Shown piece by piece: positions 48,675 to 59,029 of a DNA stretch of 64,000 bases. A program made the position numbers and the translations under genes. This DNA comes from an uncultured Pseudobdellovibrionaceae bacterium (GTDB lineage: Bacteria > Bdellovibrionota > Bdellovibrionia > Bdellovibrionales > UBA1609), in contig CAWDNU010000004.1 in NCBI GenBank assembly GCA_963803705.1, forward strand, positions 32,001 through 96,000. The letters are read 5' to 3'. The notes beneath the pieces were generated by a model, which worked only from the letters and a program-made list of their open reading frames with translations, made no database searches and was not told the DNA's origin. Each line of letters starts with the position of its first letter. Position 1 is the stretch's first letter.

Positions 48675-49093
48675 AAACCTCTAGTTCCTTGAAATAACAA
48701 CCTTGAAAAAGGATAAAATAATTCCAGCATTTTCGAGTCGCATAAAATTAACAAGGTATTGTTGATAGTAACACTATTCAGCTTCTTCATAAATCAATAC
48801 CCTTCAACCGCTAACTCACGCTGTCAAATAGCAATAGCTGGCTATGTTTGGTAATATTTCGGAATGAGCGCGGTTATTTTTTCTGAGAGCAAATTTAATA
48901 GTCACTTAAGCGTGCCCACATATCTGTTTAAAATTAAAGCTTTTGTTAAGGCTCTCAAATACTGCTCTATATCTTAGTTTTTTCCAGTGAATACAGCCTA
49001 AATTTAAGAAAAAAATAATCGGAAGTATTCATAAAAACACCGATAAATATATAAGAAAGTTTGTTATGTCACCAATAAAGAACTGGAGGATTC

Positions 49094-49444
49094 GTGTCTC
49101 TAAAAATTATTTATCTAGATGATGAACCAGAACTACTAGAAATGTTTAAAGATCTTTACAGTGAAGAATTTGACATAAAAACTTACAGTGTTCCTGAAAC
49201 AGCAATTGCTGAAATCAAAACCCACCCGCCAGACCTACTGATTTTAGATTATAGGCTACCTGGAACTACAGGTGATTTAGTTGCACTATCGCTCAATCAG
49301 AATATACCTAAAATACTAATAACTGGGGACTTAAATATTAAACCTGAGTCCAACTTTATTAAAATTTTTAACAAGCCATATGACTTCGAAGAGCTTTTAA
49401 ATTTTCTAATGAGTCAAAAAGCAGCTCAGAAATTGGTAGCTTAA
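49094..49444 (+). CDS. Single-domain response regulator
   Basis: YLDDE, ILDYRLPG, LITG, KPY; RBS GGAGG, GTG start. Confidence 0.9.
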   Translation: MSLKIIYLDDEPELLEMFKDLYSEEFDIKTYSVPETAIAEIKTHPPDLLILDYRLPGTTGDLVALSLNQNIPKILITGDLNIKPESNFIKIFNKPYDFEELLNFLMSQKAAQKLVA

Positions 49445-49545
49445 ACATATTTAGAATTTAGTTTAAATGTAGTTTAAATGTAGTTCAACTGTGTAAAAGC
49501 TGCGGATTAATAGTAATTCCCTGCAGTTCAAACTAAAACTATCAG

Positions 49546-50718
49546 CTACTTTTCTTCTAGTCCTTCAAGACGCTCGATCTCTTGAAGAGCTTCATCGAAT
49601 CCCTCTATAACTATTTCATCATCATCAAAAGCCGCTTCTGTTTCCACTTTTTTATTTTGCTTTTTAGCAGGTGAGTCTTTTTTCTCAAACTCATCATCAT
49701 CTAATGTTAATTCCTCTGTTTCCAGAAGTTCAGGATTAGTAGATTTTATAACTGTCGGCTTAGTAGCTGCCCCTCCGCTTTTAAATAAGGCGTCTAAGCC
49801 AGTGTCATCAGTTGAATTCTTTGGATCTGTTTTATCTTTACTTTGAGCGTTCGAATCACCTTCAGCACCTTTTAAAACTTCTGATGGCCTTTGTAAGGGT
49901 TGCTTGTACAGATCAGCTTCGGAATCAGTTGGTGCCATTTTTTCTTTAGCTTCAGCTTCTTTGATTTTAAATTTTGCTTCAGACTCTTTTAAAAGTTTGT
50001 CCAAATCACCAGACTCAGGGCTAAATAGCTCATCATTTATGTCGATAGCTGGTGTATTTCTAATTTTTTTCTCTTCTTCGGCACGTAGTTTTTCTTGCGC
50101 ACGTTTTTTATCGGCCTCCGCTTTATTTTTTAGCGACTGCTCTTTTTTCTTCAATTTATCTTTTTCTTTGAGCTGTTCAGCTCGGTAGTTTTCTACAGCA
50201 TTTTCTTCAGGAACTGTTAGGCGCCCTTGCTGTAAAGGTCTAGTAGAGATTGCAAACTTACCGTTTTTGATACGTATTCGCACCAAGTAGTCTTCAAAAC
50301 CATTGGCATACTTAACTTTTAAAGGAATATAAATAATATCTTTGATTGAATTTACTTGAAACTCGAGCTCGGATCTTTTTTGTTCGTTAAAATCCATTCG
50401 ATAATTTGTCATCGAAAACTTAGAAATACATCTTTGCGCAATTTCATCTGATACAAAGTCCCTAAATTCGTCAAGAAATTCTAGACGCTTACCTTTTTCA
50501 GAAAAAACTTTTAAACTAATTTGAAGTCCGCCAATTACGGACTTGTCAAAAGTTACAGCATACCAAACCAAACTACTTAATTGTCTTTTTGGTTTAAGTA
50601 AATATTGTTTACCTAAGACAAAGGTCGCAGAATATGCGTTTAGTGCAAAACTAAAAACTACCAAAAATAGCATCAGTTTTTTAAATAGTTTTAAACCGCC
50701 TAAGCATTTGAAATTCAT
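49546..50718 (-). CDS. Exported hypothetical protein with a charged, disordered acidic tail
   Basis: Signal-like N-terminus, globular N-half, K/E coil, D/E-rich C-terminus. Confidence 0.7.
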   Translation of the reverse strand: MNFKCLGGLKLFKKLMLFLVVFSFALNAYSATFVLGKQYLLKPKRQLSSLVWYAVTFDKSVIGGLQISLKVFSEKGKRLEFLDEFRDFVSDEIAQRCISKFSMTNYRMDFNEQKRSELEFQVNSIKDIIYIPLKVKYANGFEDYLVRIRIKNGKFAISTRPLQQGRLTVPEENAVENYRAEQLKEKDKLKKKEQSLKNKAEADKKRAQEKLRAEEEKKIRNTPAIDINDELFSPESGDLDKLLKESEAKFKIKEAEAKEKMAPTDSEADLYKQPLQRPSEVLKGAEGDSNAQSKDKTDPKNSTDDTGLDALFKSGGAATKPTVIKSTNPELLETEELTLDDDEFEKKDSPAKKQNKKVETEAAFDDDEIVIEGFDEALQEIERLEGLEEK

Positions 50719-50727
50719 ACTCTTTTG

Positions 50728-50754
50728 TTTTCGGTTAACACTGAGTAAACATTA
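50728..50754 (-). promoter_or_regulatory. Candidate sigma28 (FliA) promoter
   Basis: TAATGTTT-N11-ACCGAAAA versus consensus TAAAGTTT-N11-GCCGATAA. Confidence 0.55.
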
Positions 50755-50997
50755 ATAGCGCAACTAATCTATAGTCTATGGTTAAAGTGAAAATCGTAGT
50801 AGATTTACTTATGGCCTGCCTACTTGTGTACATTTCTAAACAAAGTGTATAAACTTTTGACAGTTTGCGAACTGAAAAAGTCACTAACGTCACCGGGCTT
50901 TTCTCAAACCAAAGCCTATCCAGATGACGAAAATTGTCGCGTTTCAGCTTAAAAGCAATGAGGTGTTGACTCTAAAACCATTTTTTTGTTTATTGCA

Positions 50998-51012
50998 TGG
51001 TTCGATTATTGC
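50998..51012 (+). promoter_or_regulatory. Candidate sigma54 promoter
   Basis: TGGTTCGATTATTGC, GG-N10-GC spacing. Confidence 0.5.
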
Positions 51013-51099
51013 TTTATGAGTACCATGATTTGCATATTTTCTTCTTTACTCTTACCTGTGCTAAGTAAGTTTAAGACTTTTGGGGGCTTAAGGTTAACG

Positions 51100-52284
51100 T
51101 TGATATACTCGCTCAAAGCGTTTATTGGCATTTTATGTTTCGCTAACATATCTTATGCTCAATTGTACGCCCCACTTCCATCTGAAAATCAGCAAAGTAA
51201 AAAGTACGACCGCAAAAATAAGTCGTCTCTAGGTCTTAAGAGCTTCGAGAACTTAGATATTGAAAAAGCGACAGTAGATACAATGTTCAGTGTATTTAGT
51301 TTTGATGAAATTCAAGACAGATCTCAGCTTGTGCAACTGGCAATTTTACCTAGCTTAGAAATCAACTTACTTAAAAATTTAAAGTTTTCTGCTTTAGGCC
51401 TGATAGGCCTTAGTACGGGCCGAGTGCAAACTAGATTTGATAACCCACAGTTTAGCTCCTTAAATTTGAATGAGCTAATTTTAACATATTCTCCAGTAGA
51501 AAATTTAGGTCTCTCTATGGGAGCCTTAAACCAAAATGATTTAAACACGCGTATGCTAATTGCAGACAGAGCTTTTCCTGGCGTACAAATCAAAAACAAG
51601 ATTAAAATTTCTGATGATTTTGAAATCCAACTTAAAGCTCAGTACAGCATTCCTAATTCGGTAAGTTTTGAAACAGATCGTACCAATAATGAATCGATTC
51701 CTTCTTTTTTAACTCAAGGTTTTGATTTTAAGTTTAATTTAGATAATTGGTTAAAAGTTAAAGGTAACGTTCACCATTTTACATATAATGACCTGCCATC
51801 GGTTGTCGCTTTTCAAAGTGGCCGATTAGGAAATACTGTTGATGGTATTCAGTCTGCCGAATCAAATTTTATTTATGATTTTGACGGTTTTTCACAAGCT
51901 TATGAGTTTAATCTTTTGTTAGATCCAATATTCACAGCTAGATTTGATGTCGAAGTTATTGATAACCTTCAGGCACCTGATTCTCAAAGTCGCTCTCAGT
52001 GGACAGGGCTTGGTTTTGATTGGTACTTTCAAAATTTAATCATCTCGCCCACTGTGGCCTACTTTTTTGCGGAGGCCGATTCAGTGCCAGCCCTATATAG
52101 TGACGTCCGGCTAGGTAGAAACAAACGCGAAGGGTTTAGTTATAAACTTAAATTAAATTTTAAGAAGTCAGGATTTAGTGTAAGTGCAAATTATATTCAG
52201 GCAAATCTTATTCAGCCTGATCCTGTACAAAACGACTTAAGAACATTTGAATTTTTGCTGGAGTTGCCAAGTGTTAAATTTTAA
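51100..52284 (+). CDS. Outer-membrane beta-barrel (porin-like)
   Basis: Signal peptide ending SYA when started at TTG 51100, alternating amphipathic strands, C-terminal Phe. Confidence 0.7.
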   Translation: MIYSLKAFIGILCFANISYAQLYAPLPSENQQSKKYDRKNKSSLGLKSFENLDIEKATVDTMFSVFSFDEIQDRSQLVQLAILPSLEINLLKNLKFSALGLIGLSTGRVQTRFDNPQFSSLNLNELILTYSPVENLGLSMGALNQNDLNTRMLIADRAFPGVQIKNKIKISDDFEIQLKAQYSIPNSVSFETDRTNNESIPSFLTQGFDFKFNLDNWLKVKGNVHHFTYNDLPSVVAFQSGRLGNTVDGIQSAESNFIYDFDGFSQAYEFNLLLDPIFTARFDVEVIDNLQAPDSQSRSQWTGLGFDWYFQNLIISPTVAYFFAEADSVPALYSDVRLGRNKREGFSYKLKLNFKKSGFSVSANYIQANLIQPDPVQNDLRTFEFLLELPSVKF

Positions 52285-55200
52285 AAAGCTTGTTCTTATT
52301 GCAAATCGGAAGTGCTTTTTTGAAAAGTTGTTCTCTATATTTTTGGTTTTGACCGCGTTACTTTTATCGAGTTGTCTGCGTACAGCCAGAGAACCTGTAG
52401 ACCAGCAAGGTGAAATTCGAGATTTTCGGGTTAGAACAATCACCGGTGATATCTTGGAGGATAACACTGACAACATTTGGACCATACCTACTCAGAAAAA
52501 ATACAATTTAAGAGCCTGCCTTATTGGGCGTGCGACTAACCAGCAGTTACCGCAAGGTCAAGAGTTTATGATAATAGGCGCTAATGGCGAAGCTCAAAAA
52601 GACAATACAGATGATCAAGGCTGCATCAACTGGAATGAGTATGTAGATTTTAACTTTACATCTAATTCAATTTATTTAAAAAAGACAAGGCGCCTAAGAA
52701 GCCTTGGCAGTTATAAGGGCGAAGCCGAAGTGGCAGTGGCAATCAACCCATGGATGTCTTATAGAAACGAGCCTGGTGAAGAAGTTATAGATATTGAACG
52801 CTCTGGAATTGCTGATGGTGTGATGGTTGAAGAAGCTGACGAGGAACTTTTAAGACAAGGTATTATTAATAGGGATAAGACTTCATCTGAGTTACTAATA
52901 GATCCAAATTTAAATCTAACCATATCCTATGAACGGGACATAAAAGATGGACAAAACTTAAAATTAGTTTTGCGAGTCAAGCCATATATTCAGCCAAAAA
53001 ATATGAGAGGTGCAAAAGTTCCCTTTTACTTTGACAGTGGCAAATATCGGATCTTCGCTCAATTAGTAAGTAATAATATAGGCCTAAAAACTAACGATCG
53101 TGGCCAAATGGCAAGCCAGCATTCTTTATTAACAAAAGACTTTATATCCGCGGAGCGTGATGCTACTGCCGATGGAAGTTTAGACGTAGTAGTATATTTT
53201 AATCTTAAACGGGAAATTAGAGAAGGTGAGGTTCACCTTGCACTGAAAATTGAGCCCTTGGGAACTCCCTACCCTATTACTCCCTATGAAGCTCTACACA
53301 GACTTGATAAATTCGATAAGGTTAAGGGCGATCACAAGGCACCACAAATTCTAGGTAATATGTCACCTGAACCTTTTTCCTTTGGTAGCTTTCTTAAAAA
53401 TGAAACAGATTTTAATGAGCTAAAGAAACTTAAATTTGAAGGCCAAGAGGTTAACATCGCTAATGACTTACCACCTGTCTATTACGGTCCTTTTGAGCCT
53501 AAATTTATACGTATAAAATCTGGCGAGACTGCCACTGAAAGAACATTGATGTACCGAGTAACAACTGTTGTAAAGGACGCTATCACTGGAGAACCAAGAC
53601 CACGTGAAGTCTTTCGAATTAAAAAGCTGTTTAATAAAACTGAAGAGATTCAAACGTCGGATGAGTTCGGCCGTTTGATTTGGAACGATGAGCTTCATCA
53701 TCTTTACTATCAACCCGAGCAATATTTTTTTCCACAATTTGAAATTACAAAAATTTCCGGTGGTAATGTTTTTAAAAATAGGATTGCTGTAAACCCATGG
53801 GATTTTGGGTGGACTTTTGGAGAAGATGTAAGAGGACAAGAAAGCTACTACGCGAAAATTGCTAAACAACATATTAGTCCACCTGATTTTCTAATTGATG
53901 CCTTTAGGTATCAAACTGTCAGATTTCGCTATGTAATCGACGAGTTTTTAACTTTAAATGTTAAAAAAGCTGTAGTTATGGCCTTAGACCCCTTAGTGGA
54001 AAAAAAGACCATCACAGAAGGACGAAAGTTTGAGCCCCTTCGAAATGGCATTTATTTGGTTAAAGTGGCCCTTGTAAAATATTACTTAGACCCTTTCCAG
54101 AACAACACCCGATTGATAAAGGTTGGCTCAACTGAGATTAATTCAGCTGAGGATAAGTCATGTGAGGGCTTTGATAAAGACTTTGGACACGCTGAAAGAG
54201 TTCAAACTGACACTGTAGAAATTTCTAAGGACTACCCTGAGGAGTCTTCTGGAGATTTAACCAATGCTCAAGGTGATAGCTACAGATTAGAAACTGTTCG
54301 TTGTAATGGTAAGGCCAGACAAGGACAGTACACGACTGTCATTAAAAAGCTTTTAAGGGTTCAGGCTGGTCGTATTACCACACCTTTAGAATTTTCAATG
54401 CGTGATTTAAGGATGATGAGTATTCGGTCTAATATTATGATTCAGCTAGAGACTATTGATGAAACCAAGTTACTTGCTGATAATCTTGCCAACCAAACAA
54501 TAAACCGAGCTATCCGTGAATACTATGAAGTCAACAACCCTGATGTATCCGCCGAAAAAAGAGAAGCTTTAGTTGACGAAAAGATCGCACTTTACAATTT
54601 TGAGACTGAAAAGCTCAAAGAAACTATGGCTAGCAATCTTGAAGAGATTCAAAAAGAAAGAGAAGAGGTAAATAAAGCCTACGAAAGACGAGACGAGGTT
54701 CTTAGTGATCTTCAAAAGAGTTTAGGTAGTGCAGTCTTGGCTGAAAATTCTCAAACCTATAAAGATAACGTTGATCTGCCAGAAGAAGAGTTTTTAGCTA
54801 GAATGAATGTAGCTCGAAATAGTATAAATCAAATTCATTCTCAGGTTGAAAGTTACTGGTCTGACTATGAAAGATCTTGGATAGACAATCAGCTTGAGGG
54901 TTATGGGAATGATAGCAACCGTGGTATTTTACTTTCTACCCCAGTAGAGCAGTTAAGTAAAAAACCATCTTACTACGATTACTTGGCATCCATGCAGACT
55001 TTTTTAAAAGACTTTGGTGTGGGGCTTGGGCCTGTTCAGCAGGATCTAGATAATTTAGCAAAAAATGAATATTCCAATACTCCTTTAACTCCTTTAGTTG
55101 ATCTGGATAGTTATGTTGAGAAAAATTCTGGGCTCAGAAAAAGGACCTTTATAGGTCCTTGTACGTTAGTTGAAAATGACAATATGTCAGAGCTTCGTCC

Positions 55201-57040
55201 AACGGATAAAATTGATGAAGCTTACTCCGAATACATCGATAATTCACAGTTGGTTTATACACCGCTGACTCCCCCGGCTGACAACAGAGTTTTTGAAAGA
55301 TCTGCATACCACGACTCACTGGTGCCATTTGCTGATACTCACGTTGATGACTTTATTGACATTCATATCCATAACGAAGAGCAGTATATAAAAGAGATGA
55401 AGGTCTTATCTCAAATGGGCCGCTACGTCAGGGCTTACAATCTTGAGTATGTGTCTTTAAAAGATAAACCTTTAAGAGAATTTGAATCTGGTTGTGATTT
55501 GGATTCTTTAGATCCTAAATTAAACTGCTTTAAGCCTGTTGTAGAGAATGTCAGTTCCAAAAATGATTTTTTACATGAACTTAACAAGCATGATGAGGCG
55601 CAACTATTAGGTCGATATTTTTATGTAAACCCACTGTCTGAATCCAAAAAGTTAAATGAAGTGATATCTAGAGAAAATAAGTTAGAACCACTTTGGGATA
55701 GAGCCTTAAGAGAGTATCATGGGTTAATGCCAAACAAATCTGATAGGTGGAAAAATCAGGGCCTCCCATACGCTACTCGTGGATGGGGCAATCACTATCA
55801 CCGTTCTGCAAAAAACTATTTAACAGAAAACTATTCGGACAGGCCGATTAAATCTAGCACCAAAACTATTAAGAAATGGTTGGACACTGGTCCGCACAAT
55901 TTAACCTTGCTTGACTCGGTTAAAATTTGCTCAGCATTATCCAGTCAGATAGATAGCCTTTTAGAAAAAGATAAGCTTGTTGATAATACTCCTAGTTTTT
56001 GGAGTAGCAAAAGAAAAACTTCTGCTGAATATTTACTTGAATACTGTTTTTCAAAAATTCATCTTATCGATGGTGAATCCATCGAAAGTGGTCTTGTCGA
56101 ACTAAACGATCAGGTTATTAGTGATGACTCGTCCAATGACAGGGTGTTCATGAATGGGGTTTCTTTCGACCGAAGACGAAGAATTGTTAGAACCGGAAGA
56201 TATGAGCATCAAGCTGGAAAAAACACCAACTTAAATGTGGGTATTGATTTTGGCTTGGCAACTTACCAAGATGTTAACAGTGTAGCTTCATTAGGCCTAA
56301 ATGGTGGCGCCTTATTGGGAATAGGCGGGGTCGGTGCCGGTGCGTGGGCAGGTCTTGCTGCTGCGGGTGTTGTTACTGCAGGGGTTGCTCCTATTTTAGG
56401 TGTTGCAGCTGCGGGAGCAGCTGCCGTCGTTGGCGGAGTAGCTGTATTTCAAGGTAGCGCTAGCAAAGCTTCTGGCGTAAATATGACCACTGGCACAAGC
56501 GTCAGTATGGCGACTTTCCTGGTCGTGCAAAAAGCAGAAGAAGACATAGTTCTGACAGAATATGAAAAGTGCTTAAGCTTTCAGTTTTCACCGGAAGCCA
56601 TCAATGAAATGAATTTCGAAATGCTACGATTATCCGAAGGTGTTGCTGACAAAGATCCAAAACTCAGAAATGCGTTAAGCCGGGGCTATTTTATATGCGA
56701 AGGTAACACGGACAACCCTCCAGTTAAAGTTCGCGAAAACTACTACTATATCACTCAGCATTTCACCGCCGGAGACATGTTAGATAGTGCAAATTTGCTA
56801 AATCACGTTTGGCTATTAGCTCTTCGCGGTGAACGGGATTTTAATGCTTTTATAAAAACTGTGATCGGAAAAGAGATTGATAAAGACGGTCAAGTGATAG
56901 AAGAAGATAGGCTTTATGACTATTCACTTTCAAGACTTAGTCAGGTGTATGGCAAAGTGATACCTAGTTTTCCAGGAATGTATTCCGTCCAGGACCCTAT
57001 ACCAATACATACCGGCTCACCCAAAACCCGTGGCTTTTAA
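52247..57040 (+). CDS. Giant (~1590 aa) lipoprotein of unknown function
   Basis: Lipobox LLSSC; beta-rich N-half, central coiled coil, Gly/Ala hydrophobic stretch near the C-terminus; exact start uncertain. Confidence 0.75.
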   Translation: MNFCWSCQVLNFKKLVLIANRKCFFEKLFSIFLVLTALLLSSCLRTAREPVDQQGEIRDFRVRTITGDILEDNTDNIWTIPTQKKYNLRACLIGRATNQQLPQGQEFMIIGANGEAQKDNTDDQGCINWNEYVDFNFTSNSIYLKKTRRLRSLGSYKGEAEVAVAINPWMSYRNEPGEEVIDIERSGIADGVMVEEADEELLRQGIINRDKTSSELLIDPNLNLTISYERDIKDGQNLKLVLRVKPYIQPKNMRGAKVPFYFDSGKYRIFAQLVSNNIGLKTNDRGQMASQHSLLTKDFISAERDATADGSLDVVVYFNLKREIREGEVHLALKIEPLGTPYPITPYEALHRLDKFDKVKGDHKAPQILGNMSPEPFSFGSFLKNETDFNELKKLKFEGQEVNIANDLPPVYYGPFEPKFIRIKSGETATERTLMYRVTTVVKDAITGEPRPREVFRIKKLFNKTEEIQTSDEFGRLIWNDELHHLYYQPEQYFFPQFEITKISGGNVFKNRIAVNPWDFGWTFGEDVRGQESYYAKIAKQHISPPDFLIDAFRYQTVRFRYVIDEFLTLNVKKAVVMALDPLVEKKTITEGRKFEPLRNGIYLVKVALVKYYLDPFQNNTRLIKVGSTEINSAEDKSCEGFDKDFGHAERVQTDTVEISKDYPEESSGDLTNAQGDSYRLETVRCNGKARQGQYTTVIKKLLRVQAGRITTPLEFSMRDLRMMSIRSNIMIQLETIDETKLLADNLANQTINRAIREYYEVNNPDVSAEKREALVDEKIALYNFETEKLKETMASNLEEIQKEREEVNKAYERRDEVLSDLQKSLGSAVLAENSQTYKDNVDLPEEEFLARMNVARNSINQIHSQVESYWSDYERSWIDNQLEGYGNDSNRGILLSTPVEQLSKKPSYYDYLASMQTFLKDFGVGLGPVQQDLDNLAKNEYSNTPLTPLVDLDSYVEKNSGLRKRTFIGPCTLVENDNMSELRPTDKIDEAYSEYIDNSQLVYTPLTPPADNRVFERSAYHDSLVPFADTHVDDFIDIHIHNEEQYIKEMKVLSQMGRYVRAYNLEYVSLKDKPLREFESGCDLDSLDPKLNCFKPVVENVSSKNDFLHELNKHDEAQLLGRYFYVNPLSESKKLNEVISRENKLEPLWDRALREYHGLMPNKSDRWKNQGLPYATRGWGNHYHRSAKNYLTENYSDRPIKSSTKTIKKWLDTGPHNLTLLDSVKICSALSSQIDSLLEKDKLVDNTPSFWSSKRKTSAEYLLEYCFSKIHLIDGESIESGLVELNDQVISDDSSNDRVFMNGVSFDRRRRIVRTGRYEHQAGKNTNLNVGIDFGLATYQDVNSVASLGLNGGALLGIGGVGAGAWAGLAAAGVVTAGVAPILGVAAAGAAAVVGGVAVFQGSASKASGVNMTTGTSVSMATFLVVQKAEEDIVLTEYEKCLSFQFSPEAINEMNFEMLRLSEGVADKDPKLRNALSRGYFICEGNTDNPPVKVRENYYYITQHFTAGDMLDSANLLNHVWLLALRGERDFNAFIKTVIGKEIDKDGQVIEEDRLYDYSLSRLSQVYGKVIPSFPGMYSVQDPIPIHTGSPKTRGF

Positions 57041-57157
57041 GCTAAGAAAAGCTCCAGGGGGAAGAAGACTTCGCCTGAGCCAGGAAAAGCTCCAGGGACA
57101 AGGTTACTTCGCCTGAGCCAGGAAAAGCTCAAGGGAGAAGGTTACTTCGCCTGAGCT
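57040..57157. repeat. Three tandem 38-bp hairpin repeats
   Basis: Units at 57040, 57078 and 57116, consensus AGCCAGGAAAAGCTCCAGGGAGAAGGTTACTTCGCCTG. Confidence 0.9.
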
Positions 57158-57325
57158 AGACAGCACACCCCCCACCACCCTCAAAAGATTCTGATCCCTA
57201 ACTAATAAGTACCTTCAAATGGATCTGAAAGTTGCTCTGTAATAATTCTAAGCCTACAATTGAAAACTTATTGATAATTGTAAGTCTAACAACAGAAACC
57301 AACGACATCTAAAGGAGTCAATAAG

Positions 57326-57709
57326 ATGATATTAAATAGAAGAAAACTCATTCATTTCGCAGCCTTAGGTACAACCGCATTTATTGCGAATGCATGTAGT
57401 AAGAAAGCTGATCCTAAACCCAATGTTTCGGGTGAACTTGGAGCAGATACGGGCGCGGAAAAGCCTTTAGAGCTTGTTTCTGAAACAGATGCTACAGCGG
57501 TTGCTTTGGGCTATAAGCATGATGCGTCCTCAGTGCCTGCGGCTGAAAAGGCTGAAAAAAATGGAACCGTAGGTGCAGAGCAAAAGTGTTCCAATTGTGC
57601 TTTTTATTCAGCTATCGATGGTGTTGAAGGCGGAAAGTGTTCTCTTATATTGTCTGGATACGTAAAGCCAGCTGGTTGGTGTAAATCTTGGAGCTTAAAA
57701 CAAGCTTAA
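57326..57709 (+). CDS. High-potential iron-sulfur protein (HiPIP), Tat lipoprotein
   Basis: NRRKLI Tat motif, ANAC lipobox, AVALGY, CSNCAFY..GKCSL..GWCKSW. Confidence 0.92.
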   Translation: MILNRRKLIHFAALGTTAFIANACSKKADPKPNVSGELGADTGAEKPLELVSETDATAVALGYKHDASSVPAAEKAEKNGTVGAEQKCSNCAFYSAIDGVEGGKCSLILSGYVKPAGWCKSWSLKQA

Positions 57710-57780
57710 GATAAATTTAGTTACATGTAAAAGTAGTCGGATTTGCATGTGACTAATTCATCTTACAAAGACTTTAGCCT

Positions 57781-58902
57781 ATGAAATTTACTTTCAGATT
57801 GTTAGCATTTTTGATTCTTCTTGGCTGCTCGAAAACTGGCTTAAAGCCAGATCCAGATGGATCCTCAAAGAGCTTAACCAAAACTTTAAACGTAAATTTA
57901 AATAAAGATATTGAAGATAGCTGTTTGGAAAATAGAATGGCTATTGATATTGGATCTGGCTCGACCAAGATGCTAGTAGCTCAGGTAAACTTCTGCCTCA
58001 AGCAGATCAACAATATTTTTGAATCTAAGTCTGTAGGCTTGAAGTTAAAAGAAATTGTAGAGCGAAACCAAAATACGATCCCTAAATATATGTTAGCTAA
58101 AATTTCTAAAGTGATTTTAAGTTGGAAAGGTGAACATAGAGATCTTAATATCAAGTACTTTAGAGCAATCGGCACTGAAATTTTTAGGCAAGCGACAAAT
58201 GGATCTGAATTTTTAGATAAGCTTTCAAAGTTAATCCAGATGAAAGTGAGATTGATAGACCAATCCACTGAATCAAAACTCGGGTTTTTTGCTGCTCAAG
58301 GGGTCTCACCGTTTTCACAAAAAAAAGTGGTAGTTTGGGACATCGGTGGAGGTAGCATGCAGCTGACAGGCCTTAGTGCTTCTGGGAACTATATATTCCA
58401 AAAAAGTAAGGTTGCGTCTGTTAGTTTTAAAAACAAGATCTTAAAGCTAAAGACTAGTAGCAAAAGTATTTCTCCAAACCCGTTGGGCGAACCTTTGGCA
58501 GATAGATCTGTGATTCTTGCAAAAAAACTAGCACTTCAAAATTTAAACCGAAGACTAAAAACAGATTTAAAGAGCAAAAAAATTCTTGGTATTGGTGGAG
58601 TTCATAACAAATCCGTCTACCGCCAGGTGACAGAAATTTTACGGCCAAAAGTAAATAAGCTTGAATTAAATCTACCTTCTAAGAGGCAAGTTAAGAAGAG
58701 AACTCTTAACCACTACACACAAACGGATTTGAGAAAAGTATTAAGAATCATGGCAACAAAGACAGATGCTCAAATCGGTAGTGATTACCCAGAGACTGAT
58801 GTGACAAATATAGCTCTAGTATTAGGACATATGGAGGCTTTCGCTATCGGCAGAGTGTATGTCATCAATGCCGACTTAACTTATGGTCTAATATTATTGT
58901 AG
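57781..58902 (+). CDS. Ppx/GppA (ASKHA) family phosphatase, predicted lipoprotein
   Basis: LLGC lipobox, AIDIGSGSTK, GTEIFRQATN, WDIGGGSMQ. Confidence 0.85.
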   Translation: MKFTFRLLAFLILLGCSKTGLKPDPDGSSKSLTKTLNVNLNKDIEDSCLENRMAIDIGSGSTKMLVAQVNFCLKQINNIFESKSVGLKLKEIVERNQNTIPKYMLAKISKVILSWKGEHRDLNIKYFRAIGTEIFRQATNGSEFLDKLSKLIQMKVRLIDQSTESKLGFFAAQGVSPFSQKKVVVWDIGGGSMQLTGLSASGNYIFQKSKVASVSFKNKILKLKTSSKSISPNPLGEPLADRSVILAKKLALQNLNRRLKTDLKSKKILGIGGVHNKSVYRQVTEILRPKVNKLELNLPSKRQVKKRTLNHYTQTDLRKVLRIMATKTDAQIGSDYPETDVTNIALVLGHMEAFAIGRVYVINADLTYGLILL

Positions 58903-58991
58903 GTCGTTAATGTGGAACTATAAAGCTACCGCCGGTAAGTCGTAAATGTAAAACTATAAAGCTACGACCGGTAGGTCGTAAAGGTGAAACT
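58899..58991. repeat. 36-bp tandem repeat (about 2.6 copies) containing a TACGACC-ggta-GGTCGTA hairpin
   Basis: Units start at 58899, 58935 and 58971, between convergent genes. Confidence 0.85.
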
Positions 58992-59029
58992 TTCAGTTCG
59001 CAAATTTTATCGTTGAAGCTTTAAAAACT

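Noticed and set aside
41876..49000. Integrative island anchored at tRNA-Leu
   Set aside because: Downstream DNA looks accessory, but I found no integrase and no duplicated tRNA 3' end.
49459..49491. Three 11-bp direct repeats TAGTTTAAATG
   Set aside because: Short, AT-rich and between convergent gene ends; slippage is a sufficient explanation.
57040..58991. Possible CRISPR arrays at the 38-bp and 36-bp repeats
   Set aside because: Units are contiguous without unique spacers, and no cas genes are in the window.
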